Origin: an uncultured Candidatus Binatia bacterium
GTDB lineage: Bacteria > Desulfobacterota > Binatia > UBA9968 > JAJDTQ01
Assembly: GCA_965213675.1 (NCBI GenBank)
Contig: OZ243916.1
Coordinates: 3,392,001 to 3,456,000, forward strand
Reading direction: 5' to 3'
Length of the DNA: 64,000 nucleotides
Of this stretch, positions 56,634 through 64,000 are shown piece after piece. The notes below the pieces were generated by a model. The model was not told the origin of the DNA and ran no database searches. It was given only the letters and a program-made list of their open reading frames with translations. Every line of letters begins with the position of its first letter. Within the stretch, counting starts at the first letter, position 1. The position numbers and the translations under genes are program-made.

Positions 56634-58121
56634 TTGGACAAAAGCGACGCGAGCCTGCCGGTCTTCTCGCCGGCGGGGTTCTTCGATGAGCGGTTCGGGG
56701 TTACCGCGCGGGACCTGGACCAAGTGCTGGGCCGGGCCATGGCCGGGCAGGCGGACTACGCCGATCTCTTTTTCGAGTACCGGACCCACGATCAGGTGCA
56801 TCTTGAAGAGGGGATGGTCAAGCACGCGTCGGTATCCACCGCCAACGGCGTGGGCGCCCGCGTGTTGGCCGAGGCCAGAACCGGGTACGCTTTCACCGAC
56901 GACGTCACCATCAAGAATCTCGACACGGCCGTGCGCACGGCCAACGTCATTGCCAACGACCGGGGATCGGCGCGTCCCCAGCGGGTGCCGGCGCCGGCCG
57001 TGCCGGGCCACGACCTCTACCCCGTGCCCCAGTCCTGGACCGACATACCCCTGCAACGGAAGATCGACGTCTTGCAGGACCTGGACCGGTTCGCGCGCCA
57101 GGCCGATCCGCGCGTCAAGGGCGTGTTCGCCACCCTGTCGCTGGAGAACAAGGTGGTGCTCATCGCTTCGTCGCAGGGGTGGGTGATGGGGGACTTCCAG
57201 CCGCTGGTGCGCTGCAACGTCCGCTGCATTGTCGAGGACAAGGGCAACCGCCAGTCCGGCTATTTCGGCTGGGGCGGACGCATGACGCTGGATGACTGCG
57301 TCGACGCGGAGTGTTGCGCAGCCAGTGCCCGCGAGGCCGTGCGCCACGCGCTGGTGAATCTCGACGCGGTGGCCGCGCCCGCCGGACCCATGGACGTGGT
57401 GCTGGGTCCCGGCTGGCCCGGCATTCTCTTGCACGAGGCCATCGGGCACGGCCTGGAGGCGGACTTCAACCGGCGCAAGACCTCGGCCTTCTCCGGACGC
57501 ATCGGCGAGCGCGTGGCCACCGAGCTGTGCACGGTGGTGGACGACGGCGCCATCCCGCGGCGGCGCGGCTCCCTCAACGTGGACGACGAGGGCACCCCCA
57601 CCCAACGCACCGTGCTCATCGAAAAGGGCATCCTGCGGGGCTACATGCACGACCGGCTGAACGCCGCCCTTCTGGGCATGGAACTCACCGGCAACGGCCG
57701 GCGCGAGAGCTACGCCCACGTCCCCATGCCGCGCATGACCAACACCTTCATGCTGGCGGGGGAGGAGGACCCCGAAGACATCATCCGTTCGGTGAAGGAC
57801 GGCCTCTACGCGGTCTCCTTCGGCGGCGGACAGGTGGACATCACCAGCGGGAAGTTCGTCTTTTCCGCCAACGAGGCGTACCGCATCGAGGACGGCAAGG
57901 TGACCCGGCCGGTGCGCGACGCCACGCTCATCGGCAACGGGCCGGACGTGCTCACTCGGGTCAGCCGGGTGGGGGCGGACCTGGCGCTGGACGACGGCAT
58001 CGGCACCTGCGGCAAGGACGGCCAGGGCGTGCCCGTGGGCGTGGGCCTGCCCACCATCCGCGTGGATCAGCTCGTGGTGGGCGGCACGTCGGTGCGTGGG
58101 CCGGGCGAAAATCAGGGCTGA
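56634..58121 (+). CDS. tldD: Metalloprotease TldD
   Basis: LLHEAIGHGLEADFNR, MPRMTNT and CGKDGQGVPVGVGLPT; TTG start uncertain. Confidence 0.95.
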   Translation: MDKSDASLPVFSPAGFFDERFGVTARDLDQVLGRAMAGQADYADLFFEYRTHDQVHLEEGMVKHASVSTANGVGARVLAEARTGYAFTDDVTIKNLDTAVRTANVIANDRGSARPQRVPAPAVPGHDLYPVPQSWTDIPLQRKIDVLQDLDRFARQADPRVKGVFATLSLENKVVLIASSQGWVMGDFQPLVRCNVRCIVEDKGNRQSGYFGWGGRMTLDDCVDAECCAASAREAVRHALVNLDAVAAPAGPMDVVLGPGWPGILLHEAIGHGLEADFNRRKTSAFSGRIGERVATELCTVVDDGAIPRRRGSLNVDDEGTPTQRTVLIEKGILRGYMHDRLNAALLGMELTGNGRRESYAHVPMPRMTNTFMLAGEEDPEDIIRSVKDGLYAVSFGGGQVDITSGKFVFSANEAYRIEDGKVTRPVRDATLIGNGPDVLTRVSRVGADLALDDGIGTCGKDGQGVPVGVGLPTIRVDQLVVGGTSVRGPGENQG

Positions 58122-58138
58122 GGCGGATCGAGGGGAAC

Positions 58139-59494
58139 ATGGAACGTTTGCCGATGGATCGGGATCTGGCGCTGGGGCTGCTGGCGCGGGCGAAGGAGAA
58201 GGGCGCCTCCCAGGTCGACGTTACGCTCGTCGAGCACCAGGGCGTTCAGGTGAAGGTGCGGCTCGGCGAGGTGGAGACCGTGAGCCAGGCCCACGAAATG
58301 CGGCTCGGTCTGCGGCTGTTTTTCGGCCAGAGCGCCGCCGCCACCTCCACGTCCGACCTGTCGCGGGCGTCGCTGGACCGTCTGGTGGACGACACCTGCG
58401 CCATGGCCCGGGCCACGGCCCGGGACGAGTTCGGCGGTCTGCCGGAAGCGGCCGAGATGGCCGGCGAGGTGCCGGACCTGGACCTGATGGACGAGGAAGG
58501 GCGCGGCCTTCCCATCGAGCACGGCATCGAGGCCGCCCGAACGGCGGAGGAACAGGCGCTGCAATGCGACCCGCGGGTGACCAACTCCGAGGGGTCCGAG
58601 TTCGCCAGCTCCTTCAACCGCATGATTCACGCCAATTCCCACGGCTTCACCGGAGAGTACGCCGCCTCCAGTTTTCACCTTTCCGTGGCCCCGGTGGCCA
58701 CGTCCAACGGCTCCATGGAACGGGACCACTGGCACACCGCCGCGCGCCGCCGCGCCGCCCTGGACTCCCCGGAGGACGTGGGCCGGGAAGCAGGCCGGCG
58801 CGTGATCCGCCGGCTGGGCGCCCGCAAGGTGCGCACCTGTGAGGCGCCGGTGGTGTTCGACGCGGCCATTGCCGGCACTTTGGTGCGGCACGTGGCCCAG
58901 GCGGTGTCCGGCTACGCGCTCTACCAGCGGGCGTCGTTTTTGTGCGACCGGCTCGGCGAGCGCGTGGCGTCCGACGTCGTCCACATCGTCGACGACGGCA
59001 CGATACCGCGGGCGCTGGGCTCGCGCCCCTTCGACGCCGAAGGCGTGGGAGTGAGGCGCAAGCACGTGGTGGAGGCCGGCTGCCTGCGAAGCTACCTGCT
59101 GGACGCCTACAGCGCCCGCAAGCTCGGCGGCCGGTCCACCGGCAACGCGACGCGGGGCGCGGGCCAACCCTCCGGAGTCTCCCCCATGAACCTCCGCCTC
59201 CTTCCCGGCGCCCACGGCCCCGAGGAAATCATCGCCTCGGTGGCGGATGGCTTCTACGTCACCGAACTCATGGGCTTCGGCTTCAACGCCGTCACCGGCA
59301 ACTACTCCAGGGGCGCGTCCGGCATCTGGATCGAGAACGGCGCGCTGGCCTACCCCGTATCCGAGCTCACCATCGCGGGAAACCTCAACGACATGCTGAA
59401 CCAGGTCGAGATGGTCGGTAACGACCTCCGCGCGCAGAGCCCAGTGGCGGCTCCCACGGTCAAGATCTCGCGCATGACGGTAGCGGGGGAGTAG
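58139..59494 (+). CDS. pmbA: Metalloprotease subunit PmbA/TldE
   Basis: SRPFDAEG, STGNA, TGNYSRGASG and YPVSELTIAGNL. Confidence 0.92.
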   Translation: MERLPMDRDLALGLLARAKEKGASQVDVTLVEHQGVQVKVRLGEVETVSQAHEMRLGLRLFFGQSAAATSTSDLSRASLDRLVDDTCAMARATARDEFGGLPEAAEMAGEVPDLDLMDEEGRGLPIEHGIEAARTAEEQALQCDPRVTNSEGSEFASSFNRMIHANSHGFTGEYAASSFHLSVAPVATSNGSMERDHWHTAARRRAALDSPEDVGREAGRRVIRRLGARKVRTCEAPVVFDAAIAGTLVRHVAQAVSGYALYQRASFLCDRLGERVASDVVHIVDDGTIPRALGSRPFDAEGVGVRRKHVVEAGCLRSYLLDAYSARKLGGRSTGNATRGAGQPSGVSPMNLRLLPGAHGPEEIIASVADGFYVTELMGFGFNAVTGNYSRGASGIWIENGALAYPVSELTIAGNLNDMLNQVEMVGNDLRAQSPVAAPTVKISRMTVAGE

Positions 59495-59697
59495 GCCCGT
59501 GAAGTCCTCAAATGGCGTCATTTTGCGGTTGATAACGGCTGAAGTCACCGTCCTGCCCATCGAACATGCGTTGGGAAATCTCCAAGAGATTCTCGCCAAC
59601 GGCGCATAAGCTCTGCCGCCAGGCGAAAGACGGCTCGCATGCAGGTGCTTCATGTCGGATCCGGATATCGTGTTAGTTTGATGATCCGATCACCGAA

Positions 59698-59955
59698 TTG
59701 ACACGACGGGACCCGCCCCTCTACTTCTGGAGAGACGCCACCGGCCACGAGATCGACATCCTGATCGGCGCCGGCGGACGGCTCGTCCCGATGGAGGTGA
59801 AGTCCGGCCGGACCGTGGCCGCCGACGCCGTCGACACCCTCGTCTGGTGGACGGCGATCCCCTCCAATCCGAACCGTGGGGGCGTCCTGGTCCACGGCGG
59901 CGAGGAGAGCTTCGACTTCAAGGGGTTCCGGGTGTTGCCGTGGTTCCTGAGGTGA
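59698..59955 (+). pseudogene. DUF4143 C-terminal fragment
   Basis: LYFWRD..GHEID...PMEVKSG; ATPase portion absent. Confidence 0.72.
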
Positions 59956-60174
59956 CGAGGCCGCAGTTTCCACTCCAAGCGTACGCCGGTCAAGAAGCAA
60001 GACAATGGTTGGTCCCCTTTCCCGTGCGCTATTGTTCAGGGAAGTGAGGTGGTCCCACGGCATGGCGCGCGCCGGAGCCGCGGAGCGTCCAGTCGTGGAG
60101 TTCTCGCGGCGTGCCTGGATTCGTTCTTGTGTTGCGTGGGCCTGGCGGGGGACGGCTCGGGAATCACGCGGCGT

Positions 60175-60384
60175 TCACAGCACCTGATAGCCTTTGCCCA
60201 GTACCACGCGCATCAGCGTGTCGATGTGGGTGACCACGGGATCGAACTCGATGACGGCGACCTGCCGCTCCACCGAGAAGTCCACTTCGGCGACGCCGGC
60301 AGTGTTCTCGAAGGCCTTGGTCAATTCGGGCACTGCGGCCTCGGTCAGGTCGCCGATGGAGATGATGGCGGTCTTGGTGTTCAT
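60175..60384 (-). CDS. HMA-like (ferredoxin-fold) small protein without CxxC
   Basis: GVAEVDFS...AVIEFDP...GYQV pattern; coupled to the hemerythrin gene. Confidence 0.65.
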   Translation of the reverse strand: MNTKTAIISIGDLTEAAVPELTKAFENTAGVAEVDFSVERQVAVIEFDPVVTHIDTLMRVVLGKGYQVL

Positions 60385-60878
60385 GGCGTGTCGGAACCCG
60401 CCTCGGAATGGGCGCCGGGGTTCCCTTTCAGCACTCGCTCGATGTCCTGGCCGGCACGCGCGGCGTCGGCTTCCGGTACAAGGGCTTCGAAGGCGGGAAA
60501 GAGTTGGCGTTCCTCGCTGCGGATGTGTTGCTCCAGCAGATCGCCGAAGTCGAAGAGGAACTTCTTCAACCCCCTCGCGTCGCCGGATCGGGCGATGATC
60601 TCACGGAACTTGCCATGCTCGCCTTCGAGCCGGACCACCAGGTCCCGGCACGTTTCATGGGCGGCCATCAAGGGAAAGAGCACCGTTTCCTCGGCCTCGA
60701 AGTGCGGTTTCAGGTTCTCGTTGAAGAAGCGCGACGCTTCTGCCGCGCATGCATCCAGGGCCGCGGGGTCGCCGGGGTTCAGTTGGCCGAGGGCGTACTT
60801 GCGGCAGCGCAGGGCCAGGACCAGGCCGTGGTGGTGGTCGTGGGACAGGGGAATGAGAGCGGGGTGTCGCTTGGCCAT
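60381..60878 (-). CDS. Hemerythrin-like domain protein
   Basis: LSHDHH, HFEAEE..LFP, EH and HIRSEER.LFP. Confidence 0.88.
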   Translation of the reverse strand: MAKRHPALIPLSHDHHHGLVLALRCRKYALGQLNPGDPAALDACAAEASRFFNENLKPHFEAEETVLFPLMAAHETCRDLVVRLEGEHGKFREIIARSGDARGLKKFLFDFGDLLEQHIRSEERQLFPAFEALVPEADAARAGQDIERVLKGNPGAHSEAGSDTP

Positions 60879-60964
60879 GGAAATCGTGATGGAGCTCGAC
60901 GCAAATTGACCGTGCCGGGGCGATGGGCTACCCTTCCGGACACATATTCCTCGGAGGTTGTTAT

Positions 60965-61450
60965 ATGGCAGATGACATGATCGTCAAACGCGAAGTGGTC
61001 ATGGAGGCCGACGCCGAGATGCTGGAACGGCAGCAGAAGCGCGGCGAGGCGCGCGGCTTCACGGTGATGTGCGACGAGGGCGGGCGCATCGGCGGCGACA
61101 ACACGGCGCCTCCGCCCATGGCGTATTTCGCGCTTTCCGTCGGATTCTGACTACTCACCCAGCTTTCCCGGTACGGGGAAATGATGAAGGTGAAGATCCA
61201 CAAGGCGCGCGTGCACGTGACTGCGCGCTTCAGGAACGAGGGCTCGGTGCTGCGGGAGACGGTGCAGGCGGAAGGCGTCGGCGTGGAGACGAAGCTCGAT
61301 GTGGAGTCCGACGAGCCTCCGGAACGCGTGGCCGCGGTGATCCGCAACTCGGAGCAGGGCTGCTACATCATGCAGACGATTCGGAATCCGACCCCGGTGG
61401 AAACGCACGTCACGCTCAACGGAGCGGATTTCGACACGAGCCGGAAGTAG
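60965..61450 (+). CDS. OsmC-family protein with in-frame UGA (probable selenocysteine at 61148-61150)
   Basis: DEG...GG...APPPM.YF..SVGF[UGA]LLTQ continues in frame to C-terminal CYIMQT; hairpin follows the UGA. Confidence 0.82.
61164..61181 (+). promoter_or_regulatory. Candidate bacterial SECIS hairpin
   Basis: TTTCCCG-GTA-CGGGGAAA; G-initiated loop 20 nt after the UGA. Confidence 0.6.
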
Positions 61451-61521
61451 CCGGGAATTCCTGCGGCGCAAGCTCCCAGGGAAGGATCGGTTCGGGAGTC
61501 GCTCCGCGGGCGGAAAGAACA

Positions 61522-62391
61522 ATGCAGGGTTTTCAGGAAGAGTTGAACGCGCTGGTGTTCGACGTCGATCAGTCGGAGTTCGAGGCGCAGGTGCTGGAAC
61601 GTTCCCGGGAGACGCCGGTGGCGGTGGATTTCTGGGCGCCGTGGTGCGGTCCGTGCCGGGTGCTGGGGCCGGTGCTGGAGCGGCTCGCCGAGGAGTACGG
61701 CGGCAAGTTCGTGCTGGCCAAGGTCAACGTGGACGAGAACCAGGATCTGGCGGCGGGTTTCGGCATTCAGGGCATCCCGGCGGTCAAGGTGTTCAAGGAC
61801 GGCGCCTTGGCCGCCGAGTTCACCGGCGCGTTGCCGGAAACCGGCGTGCGCGAGATCCTCGACCGGGTGGTGCCCTCGCGCGAGGACGAGTTGACCGCCG
61901 AGGCGGACGGATGGTGGGCCCAGGGGGATGCCGGGCGGGCGCAGGCCATCTACCAACGGGTGCTGGAGACCGCGCCCAACCATGCCGGCGCGCTCCTGGG
62001 ACTCGGCCGCGGCCTGCTGGAAACGGATGCCGAACGCGCCCTGTCCCTGCTGGAGAGGGTCCCGTTGGGCGACCCGGAACGCCACGAGGCCGACAGGCTG
62101 ATCGCCCGCCAGAAGCTCAGCGCGGCCGAAGGCGCGGACATCGAGTCGCTTCGCCAGGAACTGGCGGCGGCCCCGGGCCGCCTCGACCTGCGTTTCCGCC
62201 TGGCCCAGGCGCTGGCGGCCGAAGAACGCTACGAGGCCGCCCTCGAAGAATTCCTGGCGGTGCTCAGGCAGGATCGTGCCTTCGAGGACGACGGCGCCCG
62301 CAAGGCCATGGTGCAGATCTTCGAGGTCCTGGGCCGGAGCGAACTGGCCGACCGCTTCCGCTCCGAGATGGCCAAGGTGCTGTTCAGTTGA
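61522..62391 (+). CDS. cnoX: Thioredoxin-TPR chaperedoxin (YbbN/CnoX family)
   Basis: [10 protein letters not shown] followed by C-terminal TPR with DDGARK. Confidence 0.88.
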   Translation: MQGFQEELNALVFDVDQSEFEAQVLERSRETPVAVDFWAPWCGPCRVLGPVLERLAEEYGGKFVLAKVNVDENQDLAAGFGIQGIPAVKVFKDGALAAEFTGALPETGVREILDRVVPSREDELTAEADGWWAQGDAGRAQAIYQRVLETAPNHAGALLGLGRGLLETDAERALSLLERVPLGDPERHEADRLIARQKLSAAEGADIESLRQELAAAPGRLDLRFRLAQALAAEERYEAALEEFLAVLRQDRAFEDDGARKAMVQIFEVLGRSELADRFRSEMAKVLFS

Positions 62392-62479
62392 ATGGCGCAA
62401 GCTCCTGGCGGGTGCGCGGGGCGCCCATGGCGCGATGGGAACAACCACGACGGCCCGATGGGAACAAGGATGCGGCGTC

Positions 62480-62941
62480 ACTGAACGGTTTGCCGGCCAT
62501 ATCCGTACACTGGGGAAATTCGGCAAACTCAAGGACTTCATTTTCGTGCTGGACGGAGACTCCCGCGGCCATGAGGGGCGTCTCCAGGTGATCGCGGAAC
62601 AGTTTGGACACCGGGTGCAGCCGTTGTTTCTCCCGGGAGAAACGTCGCCCGAGCCGTGGATATGGGAGGCTCTCCGAAGCCGCCCCGAAGACTATGCCAC
62701 GAGCCTCGGCCTCTCCGTCGTGGATGTCCAACGAACCATGCAGGAGTTTTCCCAATTGACGGGCGGCGCAGTTCGCGGGCGCCACGATGCCAAGACGGCG
62801 TTGGGAGCGTTCGCGGCCGCGCTGGACCGGACCGTGCCCGAAGTGGCCCGAGTCGTCGGACAGAAGGAAGCGGCCGCTGGCCGCGTAGCCGAGTTCATGG
62901 TGGACCTGAGAGAACAGATCAGTGCCTGGAGACAGCTATGA
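62480..62941 (+). pseudogene. C-terminal fragment of a possible ATPase/Toprim-like protein
   Basis: FIFVLDGD and LPG..SPE.WIW resemble a Toprim-like tail; no proper start. Confidence 0.4.
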
Positions 62942-63026
62942 TTCTCTTCGACGGTTTGTCGCCCGCACTCCTCTGGGTCGATTCCGCGTCAACCCTTCCC
63001 GTCGGGTCACCCGACCTGCCTGTCGC

Positions 63027-64000
63027 CTACGCCTGAGCCCGGTTGGCCTCCGCTGGCGCCACCGTGGTGGCATCCAGCCGCGCCCGTAGCCGCGGATAGA
63101 ACCTGAGCGGGTTCTCGAACAGGATCTTGTGCTTCAGTTCGTCGCTCATGTCGTCGCGCCCGAGCAGGTGCGGGATGTCTTCGCTGAAGTCCCGCTGATC
63201 CCGTTCGTGAGGATAGTCGGACGCCCACAGCAGCGTGTGTTCGGGAACCAGCCGGGCGGTTTCCGGCAGGAGCGTCTCCTCCACCTCGGCGGCAAAGTAG
63301 ATGTTGCCTTCCCGGAAATATTCGCTGGGCTTGCGCTTGCAGTTGGGCGAGTAGTGTCCTTTGCGCTCGTACTCCTCGTCCAGACGGTCCATGAGGTATG
63401 GGACCCAGCCCGCGCCGCATTCCAGGACGCCGAAGCGCAGGCTCGGGAACAGTTCGAATACGCCTTCACAGATCATCGCCACGATTTGCCGGAACTGCGC
63501 GAACGGATGCTCCAACGTGTGGGCCACCATGAAGTTCCGGGTGTCGTCGATGCCCAGGTCCGGGAAACTCATGCCGCCGTGGGGCGACACCGGCACGTCC
63601 AACCGCTGGGCTTCCTCCCATAGCGGGTGGAAATCCGCTCCGCTGAACAGCTTTCCTCCCGGAGTGGCCGACGGCAGCACCGCGCCCACCATCCCCAGAT
63701 CTTCCACCGCGCGCCGCAGCTCCTTCACGGCCTCGTCGATGTCCTGGATGGGCAACAGCGCCACGCCCACCAGGCGCGGGCTCACCCGCATGAAGCGGTC
63801 GTGCAGCCAGTCGTTGTAGGCCCGGGCCATGGTGATGGCCCATTCGTGGTCGCGGATGGCCGCGTGGGTCAGGCCTTGGGTCGGGTACAGCACGGTCAAC
63901 TCGATGCCGTTCTTGTCGAGGAAGTCGAGCCAGTGCCCGGCGTTGGGTCCGGTGCCGGCGCCGACCCAGCCGCCCGGCTGCCGCAGCGAGCGAAGGTAGC
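63027..64000 (-). CDS. Amidohydrolase family protein (amidohydro_2; 5' end outside window)
   Basis: LYPT, ARAYNDWL, LECGAGW and WASDYPH. Confidence 0.9.
   Translation of the reverse strand, partial: YLRSLRQPGGWVGAGTGPNAGHWLDFLDKNGIELTVLYPTQGLTHAAIRDHEWAITMARAYNDWLHDRFMRVSPRLVGVALLPIQDIDEAVKELRRAVEDLGMVGAVLPSATPGGKLFSGADFHPLWEEAQRLDVPVSPHGGMSFPDLGIDDTRNFMVAHTLEHPFAQFRQIVAMICEGVFELFPSLRFGVLECGAGWVPYLMDRLDEEYERKGHYSPNCKRKPSEYFREGNIYFAAEVEETLLPETARLVPEHTLLWASDYPHERDQRDFSEDIPHLLGRDDMSDELKHKILFENPLRFYPRLRARLDATTVAPAEANRAQA

Noticed and set aside
57311-58138. Apparent 727-aa PmbA
   Set aside because: The extension is an alternate frame of tldD; RBS and ATG are at 58139
61069-61521. Apparent long N-terminus of CnoX
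   Set aside because: It is an alternate frame of the OsmC gene

Overview
This is a high-GC bacterial chromosomal window. Housekeeping gene content and codon style suggest a deltaproteobacterial-type lineage, which is an inference only. Left end (1-7.4 kb): the 3' end of dnaE2, a decayed DUF4258/YgiT toxin-antitoxin pair, a YhaO/YhaN (SbcDC-like) nuclease-ATPase pair and a 5'-deleted Rpn gene. An accessory block of about 38 kb follows (8-45 kb). It holds a glycosylation cluster (2 GT2, 2 multi-TM GT-C-like and 2 TMTC-like GT-C/TPR proteins), a soluble hybrid kinase, a sigma54 activator and a complete Tad (type IVc) pilus system. The Tad genes are split into two convergent operons, each preceded by a sigma54 -24/-12 motif. 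The Flp pilin (55 aa, absent from the ORF track) and the three pilin-like genes carry Ala instead of the canonical Gly at the prepilin cleavage position. The second operon adds a TadD-like lipoprotein with two SPOR domains, an output-less Cache-HAMP sensor and a disordered-linker TPR protein. After that come amtB and two Tll0287-like heme-c lipoproteins. The right part is mostly core genome (dapL, folK, trpGE, tldD/pmbA, cnoX, amidohydrolase). It also contains an archaeal-type GAPDH homologue, an OsmC-family gene with an in-frame UGA and SECIS-like hairpin (probable selenoprotein), a twice-present 160-bp MITE and a composite REP/29-bp tandem repeat array. No rRNA, tRNA or CRISPR array was recognised. 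All family assignments come from reading motifs, not from database searches.
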